The notes under the pieces: generated by a model
What the model was told of the DNA's origin: nothing
Databases searched by the model: none
Seen by the model: the letters and a program-made list of their open reading frames with translations, nothing else
Part shown: positions 11,931 to 21,999 of the stretch, in pieces
Position numbering within the stretch: the first letter of the stretch is position 1
How the letters are laid out: every line of letters starts with the position of its first letter
Position numbers and translations under genes: made by a program
Source: an uncultured Planctomycetota bacterium
GTDB taxonomy: Bacteria; Planctomycetota; Planctomycetia; Isosphaerales; Isosphaeraceae
DNA length: 64,000 bases
Assembly: GCA_963845755.1 (NCBI GenBank)
Contig: CAWJTV010000020.1
Coordinates: forward strand, 32,001 to 96,000
Direction: 5' to 3'

Positions 11931-12606
11931 TCATGCGGCATGCCCTCCGTGCCCGTTGGCCCCTGAGGCGGGCAGCTCCTTGATGGCCGCATCGAGCAGG
12001 CGGCGATGATCGTCCGGATTGAGCTGTTTGCCCAGCACGCGCCCGGCGATCGAGACGGCCAGGTCGGCCGACTTCTGCCAGATCTCGCCCAGGGCCTGAT
12101 CGCGGGCGGAGGCGATGTCGCGCTGTGCCCGCTGGCGGGCCGCCTCCGCCTCCTCCTGCGCCTGACGGACGATCTGATCGGACGCCGCCTGGGCGTCCTG
12201 CCGCGCCTTGTCCAGCAGGGCACGCACCTCATCCGCGGCACGGGTCATCTGCTTGCGGTGCTCGGCCAGCAGGCTCTCGCTCTCATTCCGCGCCCGCTCG
12301 GTGTCCTGGAGTACGCGCTCGAGATGGCTCTCCCGCTTCTGCAAGGCCGCGAGCAAGGGCGTCCAGGCGTACTTGCCCAGGACGAGCAGCAAACCGACGA
12401 AGACGACGAGCGTCCAGATCGTCAGGGTCGGCTCGGGCTTCAGAGGGTTGATCATCTCCTCGCCGGACCCGTGCTCGGCGGCCGTCGCGGCCGGTCCCTC
12501 GACGGCATGTGCCGGCTCCTGAGCCCCGGTGCTCCGCGGCGCCGGCAAAGACCAGAATCAGGGCCAGGCCCCCGATCGCAATTCCCAGGTTCAATCGCCG
12601 ATGCAT
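11931..12606 (-). CDS. atpF: Fo subunit b (frameshift near 12530)
   Basis: Signal-like N-terminus MHRRLNLGIAIGG, TM IWTLVVFVGLLLVLGKYAW, long coiled coil; operon position. Confidence 0.92.
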
Positions 12607-12778
12607 GGACGAATACCCCTGCTCCCAGAGAGAAACCACCCGACCTTCTCGAATCAATTTCAGGCGATCGGCGTCCGAGACCCTTCGCCAACGGCCGCCG
12701 GAAAACCGCCGGGCCGGTTGCTCCGGCCCGCGATCCGGCCGGCACCCCGGCGGACGATCCTCGAGTGCGACCCGTCGG

Positions 12779-13075
12779 TCACTTGAAGAAGATTTGCAAG
12801 AGGATGATGATGAGAGCAAGGAAGGTCACGCCCTCGATCAGCGCGGCGGCGAGGATCATGGCCGCGTTGATGTTGCCGGCGATCTCCGGCTGACGCGCCA
12901 TGCTCTCGACGGCCCCCTTGGCCAGGCTGCCGATACCGTAGGCCGCCCCGATGATGACCAGTCCGGCGCCGATTGCCTTGAGGTCCGAGAACGGCGCGCC
13001 CGTCTGGGCGTGCGCCGTACCATGGGTGACGAGGAAGAAGCTACCTGCCAACACGATGGACTTGATCCACTTCAT
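12779..13075 (-). CDS. atpE: Fo subunit c
   Basis: IGAGLVIIGAAYGIG, ARQPE loop, essential Glu in ALIEGVT. Confidence 0.96.
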   Translation of the reverse strand: MKWIKSIVLAGSFFLVTHGTAHAQTGAPFSDLKAIGAGLVIIGAAYGIGSLAKGAVESMARQPEIAGNINAAMILAAALIEGVTFLALIIILLQIFFK

Positions 13076-13200
13076 CGGAAACGCGACTCCTGTTTCGATT
13101 GCCGCTGGTTGAGAGGGAAGACCGCTCGAATCACCGCCTGCCCCGGGCGTCCGCCGGCCGGCCCCGCCGCCGGTGCGCGGCCGCGGCCGGTGTTCCTCCG

Positions 13201-14028
13201 CTAGTGAGGATGGACCGATAACCCGATGAACATGGCGGACAAAAAGGTGAAAATGTAGGCCTGTAGCACCGCGACGAACAGCTCCAGGAGGCTCAACAGC
13301 ACGACGCCGACGAGGCTGGTCGGCATCACCGCCCAGAACGCCCACGAGGCGTTGGCCATGAGGATGAAGCCGAGGATCACGGCGAGCACGACGTGCCCCG
13401 CGAACATGTTGGCGAAGAGCCGGATGCCCAGCACGATGTGTCGGATCAGGAGCCCGGAAACCTCGATGATGAACATCAGGCCCCACATGGCGTGTTTCAT
13501 CCACCACGGGACCTCCATGTGCGGGACCAGCCCTAGCCAGTAGCCCACGACCCCCATCTCCTTTATCCCGGCCCGCACGACCATGAAGAGCGTCATCAGG
13601 GCGAGGGCCGCGGTGACATTGACGTTCCCCGTCGCCGAGGCTCCCCCCGGGATCATGCCGAGCAGGTTGGCGAACAGGACGAAGAAGAAAACGGTCCAGA
13701 GATATGGCAAGAACCGGTCGGCGCCGTGGCCGCCGATGGCCGGCCGGGCCACCTCGTCCCGGATGAACAGGAGCATGGCCTCGAACATGTTCATGAACCA
13801 GCCGCGGCTGACGTGGCTCCGCGCGATGTGCCGAACCACCGGGATCAAGATCGCGATCATCAGAACCGCGGCGATGAGCTCCATCACCATGATTTTCGTG
13901 ATCTGGATCCCGAAAATCGGGTCGTGTCCCAGGTGGATCTTCAGTTCATAATGGGGCGGGAACCACGGAATCTCGATCGTGGGATGGTCGATGACGTGAT
14001 TCAGCGGGTTCTCAACGTGTCCAGCCAT
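13201..14028 (-). CDS. atpB: Fo subunit a
   Basis: FANLLGMIP, IRLFANMFAGH, LELFVAVLQAYIF. Confidence 0.97.
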   Translation of the reverse strand: MAGHVENPLNHVIDHPTIEIPWFPPHYELKIHLGHDPIFGIQITKIMVMELIAAVLMIAILIPVVRHIARSHVSRGWFMNMFEAMLLFIRDEVARPAIGGHGADRFLPYLWTVFFFVLFANLLGMIPGGASATGNVNVTAALALMTLFMVVRAGIKEMGVVGYWLGLVPHMEVPWWMKHAMWGLMFIIEVSGLLIRHIVLGIRLFANMFAGHVVLAVILGFILMANASWAFWAVMPTSLVGVVLLSLLELFVAVLQAYIFTFLSAMFIGLSVHPH

Positions 14029-14109
14029 GGTTGTCCAGGATCGTCTGACGCGACGAGGGCGGGCCGCGACGGGTCGTCGGGGCCGGATCTGGGTGTTGGT
14101 TCGTTCCCG

Positions 14110-14400
14110 TCAATTGGGCGGTGCTGGAGGTCCTTGGGGTCCCTGCCCTCGCGGTGGCCGGCTCTCCCGATCCCCCGATCCGCCGGCGAATTGCCGCGCC
14201 ATCCTCACCGCGTTTGACATCCCCGCGGCGAATCCCAGCACGGCCCCAGTGATCGTCGCCACCGGGATCGTGTGCAGCCAGGAATCCACGCCGTACCCGA
14301 CGACCGCCGGCAGCGCGAACATCAGCCCGATCGTCGTGACCCGCGACGCCCATTCCATCCCCAGGGCCAGTGAGGACCGCGACTCAGGCCGCTCGACCAC
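14110..14400 (-). CDS. AtpZ/AtpI-family ATP synthase accessory protein
   Basis: Two TM helices with GYGVDSWL motif, immediately upstream of atpB. Confidence 0.8.
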   Translation of the reverse strand: MVERPESRSSLALGMEWASRVTTIGLMFALPAVVGYGVDSWLHTIPVATITGAVLGFAAGMSNAVRMARQFAGGSGDRESRPPRGQGPQGPPAPPN

Positions 14401-14736
14401 GCACGACTCCCACTTCCCGGATGCACTCGCTCGATCTCAGAGCACGCCGAGATCCCCACATCCGTCGGCCCAGACCATCGGTAGGTGAAACCCGGTTCTT
14501 TCGTCGAGGGAAGTCCAGGCAGGAGACCATCGAATGCGACCAGTCTACTGGGCAATTCCGCCGTGTCAACTCCTCAGCCTCCGATCGAGAAATTTTTCAC
14601 AAAGTCGGGCTGCCGGTTTTGTTAATCTTTGATTCAATGCTTTTTCAACGTCCTGAAATGACTCAGGACCGCCATTCTCCCCAACCTTCCACCCTCATCG
14701 CGATTGTCCGTTTTCGAACACAGGGGGGTGCGACGA

Positions 14737-14766
14737 TTGACAGAACTCGGGCCGATATGGTATGTG
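14737..14766 (+). promoter_or_regulatory. Candidate sigma70 promoter
   Basis: TTGACA at 14737-14742 and TGGTATGTG about 17-18 nt downstream. Confidence 0.4.
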
Positions 14767-14899
14767 GTAGCAACGCGAACGGAAAGGCAACGGGCTCAAC
14801 CTCAGACACGACGTTCCTCGACTTGTCCGGACCACCCAGTCAGGGGACTCGCCATGACGCCATGCTTGCGCGAACAGTCCCTTTCGAGACAGCCATCCC

Positions 14900-14948
14900 A
14901 GGCGGCTTCAAGCCCGAGTGACGGGCTTGAAAGCCGCCTTCGTTATTG
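14900..14948 (+). terminator. Strong hairpin, possible terminator or attenuator
   Basis: AGGCGGCTTCAAGCCCG-agtga-CGGGCTTGAAAGCCGCCT followed by tcgttatt (weak U tract). Confidence 0.45.
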
Positions 14949-15167
14949 TTGGATGCTGATCGTGGTGGCCGGGCCCCGACGCTGGGGGATTTCGTAGGCG
15001 TTGCGATCACCGGTCAAGCGGCTGCCTGGCGACGAGTCGCACCTTCCAGTCCGGGACGCATGGAGTTTTCCGGATCGGTCCACTCACGGATGATTCTCGT
15101 ATCAATGAACAACCATCTCTCGCAGAGACCGGCGAGGCGAAGCGAGGGGTGATCGGAGTGGTACCGT

Positions 15168-16259
15168 ATGACCGTCGATACTCTCAAGGACTGCAATAAG
15201 CGACACCTGGCCCAGTTGGCCAAAGCCCGGGGGATCGCGGGGTGGCACGCGATGAGGAAGGATCAGTTGATCCGGGCGTTATCGCTGCCGCGTGCCGCCG
15301 ATTCTCGCAAGGACAAGAAGGCGGGTGCTCGGCCTCAAGGTCAGCCCCGCGGCAAGGTTGCGGGGTTACCGGGATCGGCCGCATCGAACGGCCGGGCGGC
15401 CCCGCCCTCGGTGGCAGCCCCACCGCAGATCCTGGATCACGCGTGCCAGAAAGACCGGATCGTCGTGCTCACGCGCGATTCTTATTGGTTGCATGCCTAT
15501 TGGGAGTTGAGCCGGACCACCCTGGCCCGAGCCCAGGCCGCGCTGGGCCAGGATTGGCACACTGCCCGTCCGATCCTCCGGTTGATGGACGTCTCCAGTG
15601 ACGACACGACGTCGGCGGCCCAGCGGCACGTGCGCGATATCCCGATCCACGGGGGGGTGAATAATTGGTATATCGACGTGATGGAGCCGCCCCGTTCCTA
15701 CCGGATCGACATCGGCTATTACTCGCGGCAGGGCCGGTTCTACGTCCTGGCCCGCTCGAATGTGGTGACGACTCCGAAGGCGGGGGTCACCGACCCGCTC
15801 GATGAGAACTGGATCGACGTCCAGAAGCAGATCGATCGGATCGAGACGCCGGCGTCGGTCGGCAGCGGTACCAATGGGCACCATCACACCAACACGGCCC
15901 TGGATCTCCGCGACCTGTTCGAGGAGCGGCTCCGCCGCCCGATGTGCAGCCTCGCCGTCCAGAACTTCACGACGCCCACCTTGCCCTCGCTGGGACGCGA
16001 CTTCCATTTCCAGATCGATGCCGAGCTCATTGTCTACGGCACGACCGAGCCCAACGCGCGGGTCACGCTCCAGGGAGAGCCGGTCCAGCTCCGCGCCGAC
16101 GGCTCGTTCACCGTCCGCTTCAGCCTGCCGGACTCGCGCCAGATCATCCCGGCGGTCGCCGCCAGTGCCGACGGCATCGAGGAGCGGACCATCGTGCTCG
16201 CCGTGGAACGGAACACGAAAGAGCTGGAGCCGATGATCCACGATAACAGCGAGATCTAG
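15168..16259 (+). CDS. DUF4912 protein with Rho-N-like N-terminal domain
   Basis: LAQLAKARGIAGWHAMRKDQLI; RDSYWLHAYWE, NNWYI, LARSNVVTTP; DAELIVYGTTEP C-domain. Confidence 0.85.
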   Translation: MTVDTLKDCNKRHLAQLAKARGIAGWHAMRKDQLIRALSLPRAADSRKDKKAGARPQGQPRGKVAGLPGSAASNGRAAPPSVAAPPQILDHACQKDRIVVLTRDSYWLHAYWELSRTTLARAQAALGQDWHTARPILRLMDVSSDDTTSAAQRHVRDIPIHGGVNNWYIDVMEPPRSYRIDIGYYSRQGRFYVLARSNVVTTPKAGVTDPLDENWIDVQKQIDRIETPASVGSGTNGHHHTNTALDLRDLFEERLRRPMCSLAVQNFTTPTLPSLGRDFHFQIDAELIVYGTTEPNARVTLQGEPVQLRADGSFTVRFSLPDSRQIIPAVAASADGIEERTIVLAVERNTKELEPMIHDNSEI

Positions 16260-16414
16260 TCCTTGGGTCCTTGAGTCCTTAAGTTCTTGAGTCCATTGGT
16301 CCGTTGCGCGAGGACACCACGCTTGACAAGACGATCCGCGATCCTCGAGAGAAAGCCAACGGACCCGAGACCGAGAACTCAAGGACGCAAGTACTCAAGG
16401 ACCAAGGACCAATG
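16259..16414. repeat. Inverted 8/7-mer array hairpin (GTCCTTGA)n / (TCAAGGAC)n
   Basis: 5 units at 16259-16298; complementary units at 16379-16414 ending on the next ATG. Confidence 0.8.
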
Positions 16415-17165
16415 AGCCAAGACATCCGGCCGATCCTGGCCGGCTGGGATTTCGAGCCCGAACGGGTGCAGGTCCGGATCATCTCCGGTGATGATCGCAC
16501 GGAGAAGATCCAAATGCGGATCGACCTGGGGCTGATCCAGGCTGGAGATCGACGGCCGGCCCGATGGGGAGCGGCCGCAGGGCTACGAGTCGCTGCTGGA
16601 ATTCTACGAGGCCAGGGCCGGCGATCCGGCCGCCGCTGGCGAGCCGTTCACACTCAAAGCCGAGGACTGCGCCCTCCTGATGCGCGAGGGCCTCCAGTAT
16701 TACCATCGGTATGTCTCCGCCTTCCAGCTCGAACGGTACGACCTGGTGGAGCGGGACACCGCGCGCAACCTCCGGCTCTTCTCGTTTGTCGCCAGATACG
16801 CGACCCGGTCGCGCGACCGGATGCAGTTCGAGCAATATCGGCCGTACGTGCAGATGATGTACACACGCGCCCGAGCGATGCAAGCCCTGAACGTCAACGA
16901 CTACCGCGGCGCCCTGGGCGCCATTGACGAGGGGATCGCGGCGATTCTCAGCTTCCTCGTCGAGTATCACCAGGAGGATCGGGAAGCCCAATGCTCCGAG
17001 CTGCGGTATCTCCGCCAATGGCGCCAGGAGATCGACAACGGCCGGCCGTTGGGGCCCATCGAACTCCTCGAACAGCAGCTCCAGGTCTCCGTGACACTCG
17101 AGGACTACGAGGAAGCCGCGCGAATCCGCGATCAGATCCGGAGGCTCGGTCCCCTGGAAGGATGA
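16412..17165 (+). CDS. UvrB/UvrC-motif (UVR) domain protein (frameshift ~16541)
   Basis: KIQMRIDLGLIQ..DGRPDG, REGLQYYHRY, RDTARNL, C-terminal EDYEEAARIRDQI. Confidence 0.82.
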
Positions 17166-17217
17166 AGGCTGAAGGATGACTCGGAACCGGTTCATACATC
17201 CTTCAGCCTCCATCCTT
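17158..17217. repeat. Inverted heptamer-array hairpin (AAGGATG)n / (CATCCTT)n
   Basis: 3 units at 17158-17178 and 3 complementary units at 17197-17217; overlaps the upstream stop codon. Confidence 0.8.
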
Positions 17218-17275
17218 CCCGACACCACCAGCCGTCGCTTCGCGAAATCCTCCCCCATCGAGGGAGGAAAGGACC

Positions 17276-17304
17276 TTGATCCCCGGCCGGGGCGCGGGTA
17301 GATT
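17276..17304 (+). promoter_or_regulatory. Sigma70-like promoter of the 6S RNA
   Basis: TTGATC-17 nt-TAGATT just upstream of the RNA. Confidence 0.55.
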
Positions 17305-17327
17305 GATCGTGTCTGGTTTATCCAGGC

Positions 17328-17498
17328 GAAGCCTCTGCCATGTACGATCCAGGGTGGTCCTTTTGGCGAACCAACATTAAACCCGTAGGGAACCGATGCT
17401 AGCTCCGTGGGGCTGGTCTCCAGCCTCTCGAGGGTCACAGGTACCCACTTGAACTGCGGGTTCTCAAAAGCACCTTGCCGGCATTGCGGCGGAGGTTT
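17328..17498 (+). ncRNA. ssrS: 6S RNA
   Basis: About 170 nt; 5' GAAGCCTCTGCCATG pairs with 3' CATTGCGGCGGAGGTTT; A-rich bubble AACCAACATTAAA; CTTGAACTGCGGGTTC 3' bubble hairpin; directly upstream of ygfA (conserved ssrS-ygfA synteny). Confidence 0.8.
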
Positions 17499-17618
17499 AT
17501 TCTGCCCGTGCTGTCCCTCCTCCATCGAGGGCAGTCACGGGCATTCTTATTGGTTCATGTCGAGCGCACGTTCGGACATCGCTCCGTCGCGATCGGCTCG
17601 GCGGAGGCCCATTGCGAC

Positions 17619-18282
17619 GATGAACCGGCCGACTGGGCGGGATCGCGAGGTGGTCGTTGCGAAGCGGGATTTGCGTATGGCGGTCCTCGCGAAGATCGCA
17701 GCGCTCGACCCGGCGCTGCGCCGCGCCGAGGAGAACGAGCTGGCAAGCTCGGTTCCCCGACCTGCCCGGCTGGTCGGACGCCGAGACCGTACTGCTCTAT
17801 GTCACGGCGTTCCCCGAGGAGCTCAGGACTGACGGATACCTGGTGCGGGCCTATGAGTCGGGGAAGCGTGTGATCTGCCCCCGGGTTGACCGAGCCGCGA
17901 GGCTGTTGCGTCTGCACCGGATCCGCGATCCCCAGAGCGAGTTGAGGCCCGGGACGCTGGGCATTCCGGAACCGCGCGCGGACCTGGCCGAGGTTCCCCC
18001 CGAGTCAATCGACTGGTGCTCGTGCCGGGACTGGCCTTCGACGAGCAAGGCTATCGCCTGGGCCGCGGGGCCGGTCACTACGACCGACTGTTGCCGCGAC
18101 TGCGGTCGGATGCGGTCTGCTGGGCCCTCTGTCTGAGCTGCCAGTTGCTCTCCCGGCTGCCGATCGAGCCGCACGATCGGCCCCTCAATGGGGTCTCCGC
18201 CCCCGGGCGCACGGTTTTGGGCGCCCGGGGAGACCTCGGCGGTCAGTCGGCCCGGATCTCGACCGCCGGGGGCTCGCTGTAA
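17619..18282 (+). CDS. ygfA: 5-formyltetrahydrofolate cyclo-ligase (frameshifts ~17755, ~18015)
   Basis: KRDLR, GKRVICPRV, GTLGIPEP, VPGLAFDEQGYRLGRGAGHYDRLL, PIEPHD. Confidence 0.9.
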
Positions 18283-19520
18283 GCCTGGAATAGCGCGGGC
18301 ATCCCGATCATCGCGGTGTCGTCCTTGTGCAGGATCACGCGATAGCGGAATCGGATCGACTGGCCCGAGGGCACGGTGTACTCGCCCTTGTCGGGTTTCT
18401 TGAAGTCGTGCCCGCCGAAGGGATTGGCGGCGAACAAGCCATAGTCCCGGACGTGCCAGGTCGTCGGATATCGGAAGCTCTGGGGATGGTTGAGGATCGC
18501 AATCCCCACGGTCTTGCCCTGGACGGGACCGACGTAGTTGACCCAAGGGGAAGGTTCTCCCCAGGCCTTTAGATCGGTCAATCCCTCGGCGTTGGTGATC
18601 CGCCCGCCGGTCTTGTTCTTGACGTCCATCGAGGAAGCCACCCGCAGGCCGAACATCCCTTCCTTGGTATCGCCGAAGGTGACCGGTCCATCCGAGGCGT
18701 GGATCGTCACGTCGAAGTCGATGATCCGTGGACCCTCGGTGCGATAGAACGTCACGGTGCGCTCGTCCTCGCAGACCTTTCGATTGCCGGGTGCGAGCCA
18801 GGCATTCCGGGTCCAGAGCCGCGCCAGGACCGGCCCCTCGACGAGGATCCGCCGCGCCATTTCGCGAATTGTGCCGGCATTCTTCGTCTCGGACCAGAAG
18901 TCCACTCCATTGACGTTTCCGTGGGTGAACCAGAACGAGCGTTGATGGGGATGATCGCGATCCTCGCCGGGGACGGACTCCATGGGAAAGGCCCGAGTGA
19001 AGGAAACGCCGGTCGGCCCGATCACGGGGAAGAAGAAGGGTTTGTTGCCGGTGTCGATCCGGTACTCGGTCAGAGGATGGTCGTCGAGCGTGATGATGAG
19101 GTTGCGGCGCGTGCCGTCAGGATCGGGGTCCCGCCGCGCCGACACGGGAAAGTCGCTGACGAACGGCCGACCATGCGCCTGGAACCGGATCCCGCCGGAA
19201 GTGCGCGAGTCGGGTGCCGGCAGTGGCTTCATCGCATAGGAGAACTCCTGTCGTGCCGGGACGCGGGGCAAGATGGTCGCGAGGACGTGCCGATCGCCGT
19301 CCTGGAAGACGACAGCCGGGATCGATTCGCCCGAGGTGGGGCCGGTCAAGGAATAAATCCCGTCCGTTGCGGGGACCTTGAGTGCAACGACGATCGGCGT
19401 TTCGCCCAGTTCGCTATCGCCGCCCCGGCCGCTAAGACGCCAGGTCTGGGCCTGGGCGACCGGGGCGCTGATCCCCAGGGTGAGGATCGCCGCGACGAAG
19501 CCGTAGCCGCGTGAGGACAT
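18243..19520 (-). CDS. Secreted DUF6807/'PmoA-family' beta-supersandwich protein (not a methane monooxygenase)
   Basis: Signal peptide AQA-Q; KPFFFPV, DHPHQRSFWFTHG, DTKEG, WHVRDYGLFAANPFG. Confidence 0.78.
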   Translation of the reverse strand: MSSRGYGFVAAILTLGISAPVAQAQTWRLSGRGGDSELGETPIVVALKVPATDGIYSLTGPTSGESIPAVVFQDGDRHVLATILPRVPARQEFSYAMKPLPAPDSRTSGGIRFQAHGRPFVSDFPVSARRDPDPDGTRRNLIITLDDHPLTEYRIDTGNKPFFFPVIGPTGVSFTRAFPMESVPGEDRDHPHQRSFWFTHGNVNGVDFWSETKNAGTIREMARRILVEGPVLARLWTRNAWLAPGNRKVCEDERTVTFYRTEGPRIIDFDVTIHASDGPVTFGDTKEGMFGLRVASSMDVKNKTGGRITNAEGLTDLKAWGEPSPWVNYVGPVQGKTVGIAILNHPQSFRYPTTWHVRDYGLFAANPFGGHDFKKPDKGEYTVPSGQSIRFRYRVILHKDDTAMIGMPALFQAYSEPPAVEIRAD

Positions 19521-19755
19521 CGCTTGGTGCTCCTTGTCTCGCGCCCGGTCGCACCGGGGAAGGAATGCGGCATCGACCAGGCGGATCCTGGGGGAAGCCG
19601 GGTGCGGAGTTTCGCGCAATCTTATCGTTGACCGCGCTACCGAACCAGCCTGTTGTCGGGCCAGATCCCACGTGAGCCCTGGCTCCCATTGTCTCGTGTT
19701 CTATCGTCGAACACGAACGATTTCGGAGATTTCGCCCCGGTCGAAATTTTTCTCG

Positions 19756-19784
19756 TTGCTACCGAACCGCGGGATTCCTATACT
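19756..19784 (+). promoter_or_regulatory. Sigma70 promoter for the RRM gene
   Basis: TTGCTA-17 nt-TATACT with an AT-rich upstream tract. Confidence 0.6.
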
Positions 19785-19962
19785 TTTCATTGCAACGATC
19801 CAGGCTGACAGTGGCCGGCTGGGCATCGCACTCGCCGTCTGCCGCACCAGGATTCGGTTGCCGAGGTCAGCGGGGACCGGGAACTCCGCCGGGTCTCACG
19901 CCGCCTCGTCGGGGTTGGTCCTTCCGTGCAGGTCGGTGGAGAGCCTTTTCCGGGCGATTGCG

Positions 19963-20307
19963 ATGGCGAAGCGGCTTTACGTTGGTAACCTCAAGTACAC
20001 GGTCACGTCCGAAGAGCTTCAGGAATTGTTCGAGCCGTATGGGACGGTCAGTTCCGCCCAAGTCCTGAGCGACCGCGAGACCGGTCGAAGCCGGGGATTC
20101 GGCTTCGTGGAAATGGTCAATGATGATGAGGCCCTGAGCGCGATCGAGAGCCTCGACGGCCAGGATCACGACGGTCGGCGGCTCACGGTCAATGAGGCGA
20201 GGCCCCGCACCCCGGGCGGCAGTGGTGGTGGTGGCGGTGGCGGCGGGTATCGGGGAGGCGGCGGGAGTGGGTATCGCGGCGGTGGTGGCGGCTATGGCGA
20301 CTATTGA
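19963..20307 (+). CDS. RRM RNA-binding protein with Gly/Arg/Tyr tail
   Basis: RNP2 LYVGNL, RNP1 RGFGFVEM, GYRGGGG repeats. Confidence 0.95.
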   Translation: MAKRLYVGNLKYTVTSEELQELFEPYGTVSSAQVLSDRETGRSRGFGFVEMVNDDEALSAIESLDGQDHDGRRLTVNEARPRTPGGSGGGGGGGGYRGGGGSGYRGGGGGYGDY

Positions 20308-20533
20308 TCGTCGTCCCGTCAGCCTGTCCGTCGATCCCGGATCTCATGACATCGGGAACTTGTGTCCGCGTCCGCGGTCGAGCGATGGTGTCGTGCCTCG
20401 GCCCGATCCAATTGACAACTCAACGTTCTCCGGCCCCGGGTTACCAGATGGAATTCGGGGTTTTTCGTTGCGCACGGAGAACTCCTGCGTCATCAACGCT
20501 CATCCCGAATCCTCCAGGCGGCCCGTCGCTATC

Positions 20534-20809
20534 ATGCCAACACAAAACATCGAGAGTTCGTCATCGTCGAGTCGCCAGGAGCTCCTCGCGAGGATCGAGC
20601 GGGTGCTGGATGAGCGCGTGCGTCCGGATTTGCGAACCGATGGCGGAGACATTGTGCTCGTGGGGATCGACGAGGACAATATTGTCCAGGTTCGACTGAC
20701 AGGGGCGTGTCAGGGATGTTCCTCGGCGATCGTGACATTGAGCATGAGGGTCGAGTTGACACTGAAGGCCGCCATACCCGAGATTCGGTTCATCGAGGCC
20801 GTCCCGTGA
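20534..20809 (+). CDS. NifU/NfuA-like Fe-S carrier domain protein
   Basis: VRPDLRTDGGDI, GACQGCSS. Confidence 0.92.
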   Translation: MPTQNIESSSSSSRQELLARIERVLDERVRPDLRTDGGDIVLVGIDEDNIVQVRLTGACQGCSSAIVTLSMRVELTLKAAIPEIRFIEAVP

Positions 20810-21975
20810 TGGGAAACGCGGAGGTTGGGGAACACGATCCGCGATGGCGATGGCCGCGCGCCGCGTATGTTCACATCCCGTTTTGCGCCGACAAGTGCGG
20901 CTATTGCGACTTCGCCTCGCTGGCCGGTGTCGATCACCTCGCGGATCGCTACCTGTCGGCCCTGGAGCGCGAGATGGCGATGGCGCTGGGGCATCCCCAC
21001 GAAGTGGACACGATCTTCGTGGGCGGCGGGACACCGACCCGGCTGGATGCCGCCGGGCTCGAGCGCCTGACCGGCATCATCCGGCGATGGCTGGTCCGGG
21101 CGCCGGGTGCGGAGTGGACCGTCGAGGCGAATCCCGGCACCCTCGACGTCGAGAAGGCCGAGATCCTGGCCGCGGCCGGTGTTGACCGCGTGAGCCTGGG
21201 CGCCGAGTCGTTCCGGACCGAATCGCTCCGGGTCCTGGAACGCCACCATGGTCGGCCCGAGGTGGAACAGGCCGTGGCGATCGTCGGCCCGCGATTCCCG
21301 CGCTGGTCGCTCGACCTGATCTTCGGAGTGCCCGGCTCGGGACTCGACGACTGGCGGAGCGATCTGGAGATCGCCCTCGGATTCGGTCCGGAGCATCTCT
21401 CCTGCTACGGGCTGGTCTACGAGAAGGGGACCGCGCTGTGGAAGCAACAGCAGAGCGGTGAGGTGAGGCCCGTCGAGGAAGAGGTCGAGCGGTCGATGTA
21501 CGAGGCGACGATCCAGCAGCTCGCCGGGGCCGGCCTGGCGATGTACGAGATCTCGAACTTCGCGCGCCCCGGCCATGAGTCGCGGCACAATCTCGTCTAC
21601 TGGGCCAACGAGGCCTACTTCGGTTTCGGCGTGGGGGCGGTGCGCTATGTTCGGGGCGTGCGATCGGTCAATACCCGGGATCTCGCGGGCTACCTCCGCC
21701 GGATCGAGGCCGGCGAGCCGGCCACGGGTCCGAGCGAGGAACTGGTGCCCGAGGAACGCGCCCGCGAGACGGCCATCCTCATGCTGCGCCGCACCGTAAT
21801 GGGACTCGATCGCGACAACTTCCGCAAGCAGACCGGCTTCGAGATCGATCGCCTCGCCGGACCCGCCATCGAACGATTTCGAACCCAGGGATACCTCGAG
21901 GATGACGGACGCCGGCTCCGGCTCACGCACGAAGGCGTCTTTATGGCGGATCTGGTGCTTTGTGCGTTCCTGTAA
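20809..21975 (+). CDS. hemW: Radical SAM heme chaperone HemW (HemN-like)
   Basis: YVHIPFCADKCGYCDF, GGGTPT, YEISNF, SRHNLVYW. Confidence 0.92.
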   Translation: MGNAEVGEHDPRWRWPRAAYVHIPFCADKCGYCDFASLAGVDHLADRYLSALEREMAMALGHPHEVDTIFVGGGTPTRLDAAGLERLTGIIRRWLVRAPGAEWTVEANPGTLDVEKAEILAAAGVDRVSLGAESFRTESLRVLERHHGRPEVEQAVAIVGPRFPRWSLDLIFGVPGSGLDDWRSDLEIALGFGPEHLSCYGLVYEKGTALWKQQQSGEVRPVEEEVERSMYEATIQQLAGAGLAMYEISNFARPGHESRHNLVYWANEAYFGFGVGAVRYVRGVRSVNTRDLAGYLRRIEAGEPATGPSEELVPEERARETAILMLRRTVMGLDRDNFRKQTGFEIDRLAGPAIERFRTQGYLEDDGRRLRLTHEGVFMADLVLCAFL

Positions 21976-21999
21976 TCAAGCGCGACTACCGGATCTTGA

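Noticed and set aside
18243..19520. Particulate methane monooxygenase subunit
   Set aside because: The 'PmoA' family label is a misnomer; the protein is soluble and secreted, and there is no pmoCAB
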